NCBI GenBank assembly: GCA_964444125.1
Contig: CAYUFB010000001.1
Location: forward strand, 26,053 to 90,052
From: an uncultured Candidatus Saccharibacteria bacterium
GTDB taxonomy: Bacteria > Patescibacteriota > Dojkabacteria > B142 > JAFGMG01
Direction: 5' to 3'
DNA: 64,000 nucleotides
Part shown: piece by piece, positions 38,750 through 48,211 of the stretch
How positions within the stretch are numbered: position 1 is the first letter of the stretch
Layout: every line of letters starts with the position of its first letter
Translations under genes and position numbers: made by a program
The notes under the pieces: model-generated
What the model was told of the DNA's origin: nothing
Seen by the model: only the letters and a program-made list of their open reading frames with translations
Databases searched by the model: none

Positions 38750-40004
38750 ATGGAACAATTTAAGAGATTTTCATCAAATAGACGAAGTGGTAATTATGGC
38801 CATTCTAGAAATTCTTATCATACCGGCAATAGCCGAGGTAGAAGAAGAGGTGGAAACGGTAGTAGATACAATAAAGGACAGAGTATAGATATAAACAAAT
38901 TTATCAAAAAAGTAGAAGCAATCGCTCCTAATGATGAATATCAAAGTACTTTCAAATTTGCCGATCTTGCAGTCAATCAAATACTAAAAAATAATATTGA
39001 ACACAAGGGCTTTAGTGTACCAACACCTGTCCAAGATCAATCCATCCCTCACATTATGAAAGGGGAAGATTTATTGGGTATAGCAAATACCGGAACAGGC
39101 AAAACAGGGGCATTTTTGATACCGTTATTTCAGAAGATTATTAATAAAAGAAATGAAAAGGTTCTAATCATAGTCCCAACTAGGGAACTTGCAGAACAAA
39201 TTAATGATGAATTTCCCATCCTTTCTAGAAATTTAAGAATCTTTTCAGTAGCTTGTATCGGAGGTAATTATATCGGCAAACAGTTATATCAACTAAAAAA
39301 AGGCTACAATTTTGTCATAGGTACGCCTGGCAGATTGATTGATTTAAATAAAAGAGGAGAATTAAATATGGCTGGATTTTCTACTATCGTATTAGACGAA
39401 GTTGATAGAATGCTTGAGATGGGTTTTGTTGAAGACATTAAGTTTTTGATTGGACAGCTACCTCAAGAAAGACAGTCATTATTTTTCTCGGCAACTCTAA
39501 ATTCGAAGGTTGAAAATGTCATAAATCTATTGCTAAAAAAAAGAATACATAAAAGTATCAGTCAGAACTGGGGATACAGCACAAAATGTCAACCAAGATG
39601 TCATAAGATATAAGTCTAGTTCTGATAAATTAGATAAATTGATACAAGTATTAGGTAGAGAAGATATAAAGAAGGCGTTAATCTTTGCTAATACAAAGAG
39701 ATTTGTAGACAAGCTCGAAGAAATATTAACAGATAGAGGATACAATGTAGAATCAATACATGGAGATAAAAGACAGAGCCAAAGAAGAAGGTCTATCACA
39801 AATTTCAAATCAGGACTATCAAAGATATTAATAGCAACAGATGTTGCAGCAAGAGGACTAGATATCAGTGGAGTTTCCCATGTCTTAAACTATGATATTC
39901 CAGATAATTATGAGGACTATATTCATAGAATCGGTAGAACAGGTAGAGCCAATAACATGGGTTCAGCCCTGACTTTTGTAGAAAATAGTAATTTCAACGC
40001 CTAA
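38750..40004 (+). pseudogene. DEAD-box ATP-dependent RNA helicase, interrupted by +1 frameshift in an A8 homopolymer (39535-39542); annotated ORFs 38750-39613 and 39639-40004 are its two halves
   Basis: The N-terminal half has an RGG-rich tail, Q-motif, Walker A ANTGTGKTGAF, DEVD and SAT. Reading with 7 A instead of 8 gives ...LLKKEYIKVSVRTGDTAQNVNQDVIRYKSSSDKLDKLIQVLGRED, continuous with the C-terminal half (HGDKRQSQRRRSI..., ATDVAARGLDI, HRIGRTGRAN). Confidence 0.8.
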
Positions 40005-40068
40005 AAGTTCATCAAAAGATATAAAAAGAGCCTTCATTCGAAGGCTCTTTTCTTTGTGATTTTTAAAT

Positions 40069-41889
40069 TTACAAACTAACTTGAATTTGGTTGGAGTAAA
40101 CACCACATTTACCTCCCAAATATTCGCATACTCTCACAAAATATGTACCACTTCCGTCAAATGCTTCAAGTGGATTAGATGAAGTTTGAGAAGGATTTGA
40201 AAAATATTGGTATTTGTCCCCAGATCTTGTTGGATAAGTAGGACCTGATGTTTTGGACCAAACTACTTTATATCCATTAGCTGAGTATCCAGCAACACTC
40301 CAGTTCACCACATTGCCAGAAGCTGATAAACTAATTGATGATACGCTTCCAGTTTGTGTTGTGGTTTTGACAGGGGCTGTGACTGTGATGTTATTACTAT
40401 AAACTCCGCAAGTACCATTACTTAAGTATTGGCATACTCTGAAGTGATAAGTCACTCCATCTGTGATATTCCATGTATAACTTCTTGTAGATCCGTTAGA
40501 CAGGTATGAATAGTTATTACCAGGATAGACAGGATTTGGACTTGTACTTTTGACTATCTTAAATCCTTTAGAAGTATCAATTCCAGATACATTCCAAGTC
40601 AGACTTACTCCACCATCAACTTTCACACCACTTAAAGTAATTCTTGCTGTAGGCGTTGGGGCTGGTGTTGGTTTAGCATTTCTATTAATAGTAATATTTC
40701 TGACTGTTGCATTTCCTGCTTGATCAGTTGAAACTACTTTGATCCCATTTGCTCCAAGATTTAGAGCTAAAGTATGACTAAATGAACCTTCAGTATTTGC
40801 GACATTTTCACCATTTACAGTAACTACTGCACCAATTTCTGTTGTTCCTGATACTATTACAGAATCATTTTCTGTAGATGAATTATCCGCTGGTTGGGCA
40901 ACTTCGAGTACTGGAGGAACTAAATCAAATAGTACACCCATCTGTCCCTTAAATTCTGCAATTTTCTCATCTTGATCTTTATTCCAAAGAACAAATTCAT
41001 CCTGACTAATCTGTTCAAGATCTATCGGCAATACTTGATTTGCTAAATCTGGATTGTTTTGATTTACAATATAATACTTGTTGCCTTGTTCAACTAATAT
41101 TTCATCAGTTTGGTCAATACCAATAATATTTACTTTGCTATGATAGACTTCTACACCAATTACTTCGGGTGTATTAACCGTTTTGTAGGCGGTTCCAAGG
41201 GACTTGAAGGTGATATCGTTCGTTAAGATATCAAACCCTCTCTCGGCTTTGACAACTCTTGCAAAAAGCTCCCCAGATTCATTTGAAACTTGTATGTGGT
41301 TTGGGTCAAGTTTGGCAAGTTTCAATTCAGAATTACTGTTAAGTCTTAAAGAGCTTCCATCATCAAGATTGACGATCGCTTTGCCTTCTCCGATTACTCT
41401 GACGAAGCTGCCTTCTTTAAGTACGATATTATCTTGTGCTTGTATCCAGCCTCCATCTAAAGAAGCTTTATATTCTACCTTGCCTTCTGTGTAGGCGATT
41501 TCTCCGGCAAGATTAGAGTTATTGGCTCTTTCTTCTTTTGGATTAACAATTAAGTACAAGACGGGAACAGAAAGGATTAGGATTAATCCTGCGATTAGCC
41601 CAAATTTGAAGATGGGCTTGGCAAACATTGACTTCTTTGTCATTTGCTTATTTTGATAATTTAAATAGCTTGAAGATACCTCCTGTTTGATCCTTGTCTT
41701 TGCATTCTGCAATTCATTTGGATCTAGTTGTATCCTCCCTTTTGCAAAGAAAGAATCCGCGTATTCTTTTTTGACTTTGCCAGTTTTTTGCATGCTATTT
41801 AATATATCTAAAATAATGTTAAAAAATTTCATTATCTTTATAAATTTTCTTGTATTTTTTCTCAAAACTTTTCGTCGCTCTGAAAACAA
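40069..41889 (-). CDS. anti-sigma factor-like membrane protein (FecR-like domain + fibronectin-III/Ig-like repeats)
   Basis: 606 aa: cytoplasmic N-terminus, one TM, a FecR-like beta domain, then two FN3-like repeats. It lies directly downstream of, and overlapping, the ECF sigma gene. Confidence 0.55.
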   Translation of the reverse strand: MFSERRKVLRKNTRKFIKIMKFFNIILDILNSMQKTGKVKKEYADSFFAKGRIQLDPNELQNAKTRIKQEVSSSYLNYQNKQMTKKSMFAKPIFKFGLIAGLILILSVPVLYLIVNPKEERANNSNLAGEIAYTEGKVEYKASLDGGWIQAQDNIVLKEGSFVRVIGEGKAIVNLDDGSSLRLNSNSELKLAKLDPNHIQVSNESGELFARVVKAERGFDILTNDITFKSLGTAYKTVNTPEVIGVEVYHSKVNIIGIDQTDEILVEQGNKYYIVNQNNPDLANQVLPIDLEQISQDEFVLWNKDQDEKIAEFKGQMGVLFDLVPPVLEVAQPADNSSTENDSVIVSGTTEIGAVVTVNGENVANTEGSFSHTLALNLGANGIKVVSTDQAGNATVRNITINRNAKPTPAPTPTARITLSGVKVDGGVSLTWNVSGIDTSKGFKIVKSTSPNPVYPGNNYSYLSNGSTRSYTWNITDGVTYHFRVCQYLSNGTCGVYSNNITVTAPVKTTTQTGSVSSISLSASGNVVNWSVAGYSANGYKVVWSKTSGPTYPTRSGDKYQYFSNPSQTSSNPLEAFDGSGTYFVRVCEYLGGKCGVYSNQIQVSL

Positions 41890-42382
41890 GTACTGCTACT
41901 TTGGATGGTTTGATGTCAAGAATTGTGGCAATTTCTTGATTATCATATTCAAGCAAGTATTTCATTGTAAGGATCTCTTGATAGTTTTTCTTGATTTTCA
42001 AAAGGACAAATGCAATTTTGTTGTGCATTTCGGCTTTTATTGTCTCGTCCTCTGGCAAACCTTCTTCACTTTTTATATTAGCTATTGATTCTTCAAATGA
42101 GACAATCCTGTTTTGTTGTTTGTAGTAATCAACAATTTTATTGTTAGTAACTCTATAGAGCCATGATCCAAATCTGGCATTTTTTTTGTAACTAAACTTG
42201 TGTAATCCTTCAATTGCCGCTACAAATACTTGTGCGACGATATCTTCTGCAACTTCCTTTTGATGGGTTCTATTGATGCAAAAACTGTATATCTTAGGAA
42301 AATAGTACTCGTAAAGTTGATCAAATGAGTGGATATCGTCTTTGGCTAGTTCTACAAGTTTTTTCTCAGCTTCAATTTCCAT
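41819..42382 (-). CDS. ECF-type RNA polymerase sigma factor (sigma-70 family)
   Basis: 187 aa with region 2 (DIVAQVFVAAIEGLHKF...FGSWLYRVTNNKIVDYYK) and region 4 HTH. Confidence 0.8.
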   Translation of the reverse strand: MEIEAEKKLVELAKDDIHSFDQLYEYYFPKIYSFCINRTHQKEVAEDIVAQVFVAAIEGLHKFSYKKNARFGSWLYRVTNNKIVDYYKQQNRIVSFEESIANIKSEEGLPEDETIKAEMHNKIAFVLLKIKKNYQEILTMKYLLEYDNQEIATILDIKPSKVAVLVFRATKSFEKKYKKIYKDNEIF

Positions 42383-42385
42383 ATG

Positions 42386-43966
42386 TTATTCTGTGACTAC
42401 TTCTGGGGTAATAATTATCTTTATATCCTCTTTGTAATTTGATTGAGTCATGCCATAGTTAGCAGGATCTTCGATAATTTTTGTGGCACCAAAATATTCT
42501 GCTAGATATTTTGTAGTACCGCTTTTGGCGCCCCCTGTCATATCTACAATAATTACTCCTTGTGATTCAGTCGCTTTTTTCTCTGTGATCATTACAAGAT
42601 TATTCGTTGTCACCGGCAGTTTGTTTGATTGAATATCATTACGGAACAGGATTGCCTTGTCAGTATTGTTATACGATCTACCAATTTGATTGATTACAAG
42701 AATTTTCGCATTCTCATCATATAGTTTTGGATATTCCCAGATCAAATCTAAATAATTTTGTGCTGTCTTAAATGTGTTATCTTTAAATTTGATCATATAC
42801 CCACCGGTTTCTTCTGTAGGAGGATGGAATATGATTTGATTAAGTCCTCCAAAATTTGGATCGAAAATTATGTTTATTGGATTGGTATCGGCACTTGATG
42901 CAAGAGACAATCCTGCAAATATTTCTTCCAGGCCGATATTTGCCTCAACATTTTTGTTTATACTTTGTAGTATATTCCAATACTTCTTGGCTTTATCAAG
43001 TGTTGAGCCATCTTCGTTAAGAGCTTTTTCCTTAAGCGCATCAAGCACTTGCTGTTGTCTTTCTCCACGACTGAAATCACTTGCATAATTCATATCTCCT
43101 TTGACTACTTGTCTAAATCTAGCCCATACAAGAGCATGTTCTCCGTCCATTTCCTGAATGCCTGGCTCAAAATCATAATACAACCATTCTGTATTTGGTT
43201 TGCCATTTTTGCCTGGATAGTCATTTGGATATCGAACCCTAAGGGAAGTTGGGACATCGATTGTGATCCCTCCTACAGCATTTACCCCATCCTCAACTCC
43301 TTTTAGTTTCACGATCACTCTGTATTGAATCTTTTTGCCAATTATCCTTTCAACATTTTCTTCAAGCAAATCAAAACCATCTTCTACATCATTCCGGGCT
43401 TCTCCAGTTGCATATATTGCATTGATTTTGGCATAAAATGGGCCTTTTGAATTGACATAATAGGGTACATACAAATCACGTGGGAGAGATATCAGTGTGG
43501 TTTTTTTCGTTTCGTGATCAAATAATGCCACCATTATTGAATCTGTATTCATCAATCCATCGTGTGCAGAACCTTCGGCTCTACTATCAAGACCTACAAT
43601 TAGAACACCTGTTACATTATTATCTTGCTCAAGTTTTGGGCTAAGTGCCTCTCCCCAACACTTTGGGTTTAAAATATTGTCACAAACCTGAACTTTCTCG
43701 CCTGAAGAATTATTCTCTACTTTGGATTTATTAAATTCTTGAAGTCTTTCCCATCTTCCATATACTTTATATCCTCCAAAGCATGCCGTAACAAGTATTA
43801 ATAATATTATAAATCTCTTCAATATCTTAGTTCTATTGGATTTTTTCTTTTCTTTGGTATTGATTTCGTTTAGTTCTTCGATCCTGTTTTTGGAACTTGA
43901 GGTCTTTGTAGATTTTCTTGCAGGCTTTTTTTTATTGGATTTGATTTCAACTCTGAGGTTTTTCAT
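42386..43966 (-). CDS. LytR-CpsA-Psr (LCP) family cell-envelope phosphotransferase
   Basis: 526 aa with an N-terminal TM and an LCP core (DSIMVALFDHETKKTTLISLPRDLYV). Confidence 0.75.
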   Translation of the reverse strand: MKNLRVEIKSNKKKPARKSTKTSSSKNRIEELNEINTKEKKKSNRTKILKRFIILLILVTACFGGYKVYGRWERLQEFNKSKVENNSSGEKVQVCDNILNPKCWGEALSPKLEQDNNVTGVLIVGLDSRAEGSAHDGLMNTDSIMVALFDHETKKTTLISLPRDLYVPYYVNSKGPFYAKINAIYATGEARNDVEDGFDLLEENVERIIGKKIQYRVIVKLKGVEDGVNAVGGITIDVPTSLRVRYPNDYPGKNGKPNTEWLYYDFEPGIQEMDGEHALVWARFRQVVKGDMNYASDFSRGERQQQVLDALKEKALNEDGSTLDKAKKYWNILQSINKNVEANIGLEEIFAGLSLASSADTNPINIIFDPNFGGLNQIIFHPPTEETGGYMIKFKDNTFKTAQNYLDLIWEYPKLYDENAKILVINQIGRSYNNTDKAILFRNDIQSNKLPVTTNNLVMITEKKATESQGVIIVDMTGGAKSGTTKYLAEYFGATKIIEDPANYGMTQSNYKEDIKIIITPEVVTE

Positions 43967-44364
43967 GAAATTTTGGCATCTAATGAAATATTTACTAATT
44001 TGTCAGCGAATTTGTTTTTGGCCCTCTCTATGTGTACAAATTTAGTTTTTGAAGTGACTAATTTTTTTATATCACTAAAAAGTGGCTTTAATCCTTCATT
44101 TTTGATTTTATACTCTCCATTTAGTTGTTTAACGACGAGTTCACTATCTAAGTGGCAAATTAATTCTTCATTCGGGTGATTTTTGTGAACATATTTCAAT
44201 CCCTCAAAGAGTGCCATGTACTCTGCAATATTATTTGTGGCTTCTCCGATGTATTTGCTCTCGAACCACAATAAATTGTTATTGTTATCGAATAGTATAA
44301 ATCCAATACCAGAAGGTCCTGGATTGCCTCTTGCTCCACCATCTGAAAAAAGTTTCAAACTCAT
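43963..44364 (-). CDS. rnhA: ribonuclease HI
   Basis: 133 aa (SDGGARGNPGPSGIGFIL; TNNIAEYMALFEGL; final Asp in KFADKL). Confidence 0.8.
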   Translation of the reverse strand: MSLKLFSDGGARGNPGPSGIGFILFDNNNNLLWFESKYIGEATNNIAEYMALFEGLKYVHKNHPNEELICHLDSELVVKQLNGEYKIKNEGLKPLFSDIKKLVTSKTKFVHIERAKNKFADKLVNISLDAKIS

Positions 44365-44481
44365 AATGATTTAATCAAAAATAACTTTTCATTATATGTT
44401 TCAACTTTGTCTTTGGCAAATATTAGAAGAAATTTAGGAAATGTTATATACTAGGCAAATTAAAATATTATAAATATTTCC

Positions 44482-44958
44482 ATGGCAGATAAGACAAAAG
44501 TAGATGAAAAAGAAATTGAAGAAAAAATAGAGGTCGTTGAAGAAGATTTACCTCATGAAGAAAGTGAAACTGAAGAAACTATTGAAGAGACAAAAGTTGA
44601 CTCATCGAATTTCGTTGATGATGTGGATACTGGAGATAAGCTTGGGGAGTACTTCCAAATTAAAGATCAATTAAGAACATTACGTGGAGATCTTAGGGAT
44701 TTGAAAGAGGAGCACAAAGATTATGCAGAGTTGGATGAACTTACTAAACAGATCAAAGTATTGAGAGAAAATATAAAAAATGATGAAAATATTAGAATCG
44801 TGCAGGAAAAAATTGCTGATTTGAAAGAAAGACAAGAGTTGCTTAAGGAGATTATCAAAGTAGAGATGAAGGAGACTGATCAAACTGAGGTTAAGATGAA
44901 TGGTAGGAAGTTGAAGTTGATAGATATTTTGAAGGAAATGAAAGACGAAGGAAATTAA
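44482..44958 (+). CDS. acidic coiled-coil protein, hypothetical
   Basis: 158 aa, rich in E/K/D. No recognisable domain. Confidence 0.45.
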   Translation: MADKTKVDEKEIEEKIEVVEEDLPHEESETEETIEETKVDSSNFVDDVDTGDKLGEYFQIKDQLRTLRGDLRDLKEEHKDYAELDELTKQIKVLRENIKNDENIRIVQEKIADLKERQELLKEIIKVEMKETDQTEVKMNGRKLKLIDILKEMKDEGN

Positions 44959-44997
44959 GATAAGCCCTAGAATTGATTATATTTATTTAACATGTAG

Positions 44998-45147
44998 ATG
45001 AAGAAATATTTCGTGATTTCGTTACTGATTCTTCTTATAACTTATAGTGTGGTGACTTTGTTCATGCTGGTTATAACTCAGTTGGAAAAGAATAATACTA
45101 ATTTAGTAGACTATCAAAACTTAGTAAGTGATGATACTAGTCAATAA
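44998..45147 (+). CDS. possible small membrane protein (49 aa)
   Basis: MKKYFVISLLILLITYSVVTLFMLVITQLEKNN...: a single TM. It is below the ORF-track cutoff and weakly supported. Confidence 0.25.
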   Translation: MKKYFVISLLILLITYSVVTLFMLVITQLEKNNTNLVDYQNLVSDDTSQ

Positions 45148-45223
45148 TTTGATTAACTCCAATTTGCTTGTATCTTTATAAGAATTCCTCTGTTGACTTT
45201 CGTGGTATTTCCCAACAATTAAC

Positions 45224-45838
45224 TTACAGATTAAATTGTTTAGTTTTGATTATATGTGTGTTTCCTTTAATATTATTTGAGAGCAATAATACTTCTGAAT
45301 TGCCAAAATGGAAGGATCTCAGTACTTCTTGCCAATCAATATTGTAGTAAGCTGCGTAAATCATTTTGCCAATATCTCCGTGTGTTACTAATAGAATATT
45401 GCCAGAGCTATGTCTATTTTGCATGTCATCTAAGATCGATTGCCCGCGCATAACTAATTCCGGGAATGTCTCGGCACCATCTGTTTCAAGGAAGTATGTA
45501 ATTGTGTCAGTTTTAAAGATCTTGGGGCTACAAATTTTCTCAATATCAGAAATCTTCTGTCCCGTCATGGAACCAAAATTGCGTTCAATAAGGCTTGGGT
45601 ATATTTTTGGAGCGGGGCTATTCAGCTTATTGGTAATAATTTCAGCAGTTTTATATGCACGCTTGAGTGGTGAAGTATATACAATATCAAAGTGTATGCC
45701 CAATTTGGATATTTCTTTCGCAGCATTTTCTGCTTGCAAGATTCCCATTTTGGTTAATAAGGTATCTCTATGACCGTTTAAGATCCCATCGATATTATCT
45801 TCATCTTGTCCGTGTCTACATAAGTAGATGTTTAGCAT
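45224..45838 (-). CDS. histidine phosphatase family protein (phosphoglycerate mutase-like)
   Basis: 204 aa with the LCRHGQ catalytic His motif. Confidence 0.75.
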   Translation of the reverse strand: MLNIYLCRHGQDEDNIDGILNGHRDTLLTKMGILQAENAAKEISKLGIHFDIVYTSPLKRAYKTAEIITNKLNSPAPKIYPSLIERNFGSMTGQKISDIEKICSPKIFKTDTITYFLETDGAETFPELVMRGQSILDDMQNRHSSGNILLVTHGDIGKMIYAAYYNIDWQEVLRSFHFGNSEVLLLSNNIKGNTHIIKTKQFNL

Positions 45839-45942
45839 AGATTTAGTATTTAAGTTCTTTTGATGATAATTCAGTTGGGTGGAGTTGTCAAAAAAAGAGG
45901 CACAAAAATAAGTGCCTCTAGAAAAATCAAAACTTTAGAAAT

Positions 45943-46788
45943 TTACATATTCCCTTGTTGTCCAGAAGTCCCCTGCTGGTTTATCTGGTTAGTATTTTGA
46001 TTGGTTTCTTGCTCTTTCTCTTGGTTATATTGCGTGCCATCGTTTTGATTTTGATTGCTTTCATTTTCTACATTTTGAAGATTCACTCCTGTTCCTGCTT
46101 CGAAATTTTTGAGCTGATTGCCTGTCTGTTCAAAGTACTTATTTTGTATTTGTTCTAAATTATCTGAGTTTGATTGATCCCCTTTGGATTGAAGATTTGT
46201 TTGTATTTTCTCTAATGTCTGTTCATGAATTTGAACTTTTTCCTGTAATTGTTCCATAACTATTTGTTGCTCTTGAGTTTGAAGTTTATCTTCAAGTCTA
46301 AGTTGATCCATTTCCTGTAGTCTTTCTTGAAGTCTTATTTGTTGTGCTTCAACTTCTGATATTGACTCTGATAATGCATCTAAATTGTCTCCCTCACTTA
46401 ATTCTTCTAGTTCTGCTACTCTTTCATCCATTATGGATAATTCTAGTTCTGCTTTTGCAACGGGATCTGTTGTTATGGCTCTTTGTATACTTTCTATACT
46501 TTTGTCCAAACCATAAAGTAGATCTCCTGGAACAGCCTGATCAGAAGCATAGGCGCTACCAGCACCAGCAAAAAGAATAGTAGTAATAATTCCTACTATT
46601 GCTAACGTTTTGAGTCTTGTACTCATATTAGACAGTTTTAAAAAATAAAATATGTCTGTTAACCTATTACGTTTTTTTCCGTAATTGGTTACAAGAATAT
46701 CAAAGCTTTTGATCGTGCGTTCCTCCCAGTGCTTACTTGGCTTTGGTTTTATTTGTTTTAATTGTTTTACTAATTCATCTTCATTCAT
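45943..46788 (-). CDS. membrane-anchored Q/N-rich coiled-coil protein, putative anti-sigma (DUF5667-like)
   Basis: 281 aa with one TM and the PGDLLYGLDK motif, followed by long Q/E-rich coiled coils. It overlaps the ECF sigma stop. Confidence 0.5.
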   Translation of the reverse strand: MNEDELVKQLKQIKPKPSKHWEERTIKSFDILVTNYGKKRNRLTDIFYFLKLSNMSTRLKTLAIVGIITTILFAGAGSAYASDQAVPGDLLYGLDKSIESIQRAITTDPVAKAELELSIMDERVAELEELSEGDNLDALSESISEVEAQQIRLQERLQEMDQLRLEDKLQTQEQQIVMEQLQEKVQIHEQTLEKIQTNLQSKGDQSNSDNLEQIQNKYFEQTGNQLKNFEAGTGVNLQNVENESNQNQNDGTQYNQEKEQETNQNTNQINQQGTSGQQGNM

Positions 46789-47299
46789 TTTTGTTATTGA
46801 CTATTTTTCTTAAATTTTTTATTGCCCGATAAATTGCAACTTTTGTCGCAATCTTATTTTTATTAATAATTGTAGCAATTTCATTAATTTCAAGTTCTTC
46901 TATATATCTTAATATGATTATTTCTTTTTCATTTGGTCTCAATTTGTCTAGACAAATAAGAATTTGTTTAATCATTATTTCTTTGTCTAAATCTATTGTA
47001 TGATCAATGATGTCTTGATTAATTAGATCATTATAACTACTAGTATTGTTTTTGGCTTTTCTATATACATCAATTAAATGGTTTCTAGCGATCGAGTAAA
47101 TCCAATTTTTAAGTGTTGATCTTTTTGCATTAAATAGCGATTTTTTTTCCCATGCTTTCAAAAAAATATCCTGAGTGATGTCTTCTGCTATCTCTTTTTG
47201 ATAGCCAATATGTAAATAAACGTATCTATAGATTGGTTCATTCAATGACAAAAATAACTTTTTTAAATCATCAATTGTTTCTAATTTATTTACATCCAT
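46781..47299 (-). CDS. ECF-type RNA polymerase sigma factor
   Basis: 172 aa with sigma-70 regions 2 and 4 (DITQDIFLKAWEK...WIYSIARNHLIDVYRK). Confidence 0.8.
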   Translation of the reverse strand: MDVNKLETIDDLKKLFLSLNEPIYRYVYLHIGYQKEIAEDITQDIFLKAWEKKSLFNAKRSTLKNWIYSIARNHLIDVYRKAKNNTSSYNDLINQDIIDHTIDLDKEIMIKQILICLDKLRPNEKEIIILRYIEELEINEIATIINKNKIATKVAIYRAIKNLRKIVNNKNE

Positions 47300-47473
47300 A
47301 AGATCATTACGTTGTATCTATGATTTGGTTACTTCGATTAAAAAATCAGTACATAATTTATAATAACTCTATTTGTATTAGAAATAAAGAGTTATAGAAT
47401 AATTGAGGATGACGATATGGAAGTTGCGATGTGAGACGTGCGGGATATAAATTTCTCATCAACTCCCGACATA

Positions 47474-47503
47474 CCATGAATTGAATAAAATTCTAATTCA
47501 TGG
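47474..47503. promoter_or_regulatory. palindrome ccatgaatt-N12-aattcatgg upstream of the ECF sigma gene
   Basis: Perfect 9-bp inverted-repeat arms: a candidate operator. Confidence 0.35.
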
Positions 47504-47629
47504 TTGCGGGACCATGCCAGATAATAAACTATTATTTGTTAGATAAATGCGGGACCTGCCTTCATTCTCACTGCGTTCGAATTTCGTCAGGTTCTCGCCA
47601 ACTTCACGATTCGCTTGGCTCATCGGAAG

Positions 47630-47700
47630 TTGCGGGACTAGGATTCGAACCTAGATACACGGCTTCAGAGGCTGTTGTCCTACCATTAGACGATCCCGCA
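47630..47700 (-). tRNA. tRNA-Gln (anticodon CTG)
   Basis: The reverse complement is tgcgggatcgtctaatggtaggacaacagcctctgaagccgtgtatctaggttcgaatcctagtcccgca. It has a 7-bp acceptor, loop ctCTGaa and T-arm GGTTCGAATCC. There is one A-C mismatch in the anticodon stem. Confidence 0.75.
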
Positions 47701-47866
47701 ACACTTAGCGAACGCAAGTGAGCGTTAGTGTTGGCGAGGATGCCCGAATGGGTATCCCGCATTCACAAAATTTCACTTAGTGCGCTCTATTCTTGGCGAG
47801 GACCTGACGAATCCCGTTCTACGGGAGTAGGCAGGTCACGCAACAAATATATCTTTTAAAATAACA
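47689..47866. repeat. ~175-nt direct repeat copy A (begins inside the tRNA-Gln 5' end and covers its 5' flank)
   Basis: About 95% identical to 48032-48211. It is GC-rich with internal hairpins (cccgttctacggg). Confidence 0.8.
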
Positions 47867-47940
47867 ACGTTAGTATATCAGTATTTCGTAAATGCTATTT
47901 TTTATTATCTTCAATTATTTAGTTTATCATCCTACCATTA

Positions 47941-48045
47941 TCCCGTAAAAGCTCGCTTCGCTCATTTTACGGGACTAAGGTGCTCTAAGCTTCTGGCTCA
48001 TTTCACTCGCCATCAGCAAGACCACCGTTAGGACGATCCCGCAAC
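47941..48045 (-). other. degenerate tRNA-like remnant with cccgtaaaa/ttttacggg hairpin
   Basis: It aligns with the tRNA-Gln locus at both ends (tgcgggatcgtcctaacggtgg..., ...ccttagtcccgta) but lacks a T-arm. Confidence 0.4.
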
Positions 48046-48211
48046 ACTTAGCGAACGTAAGTGAGCGTTAGTGTTGGCGAGGATGCCCGAATGGGTATCC
48101 CGCATTCACAAAAATTTCACTTAGCGAGCTCTATCCTTGGCGAGGACCTGACGAATCACGTTCTACGGGAGAAGGCAGGTCACGCAACAAATATTATCTT
48201 TTAAAATAACA
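48032..48211. repeat. ~175-nt direct repeat copy B
   Basis: See copy A. It differs by about 8 substitutions or indels that are not adenine-specific. Confidence 0.8.

Noticed and set aside
47500-47721. 73-aa ORF from the six-frame track
   Set aside because: It lies entirely over the tRNA-Gln gene and GC-rich repeats on the opposite strand. It is an artefact of the locally high GC.
47700-47840. 5S rRNA hidden in the GC-rich repeat
   Set aside because: Only fragmentary resemblance (gtgaaa, gagtagg). The helix I/loop C/loop E architecture is not reproducible, and the unit is duplicated with a tRNA fragment, unlike an rRNA gene.
47689-48211. Diversity-generating retroelement TR/VR pair (two ~175-nt near-identical repeats)
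   Set aside because: Mismatches between the copies are not adenine-specific (C/T, T/C, C/A, T/A and indels). Neither copy lies in a coding 3' end, and no reverse transcriptase is present.
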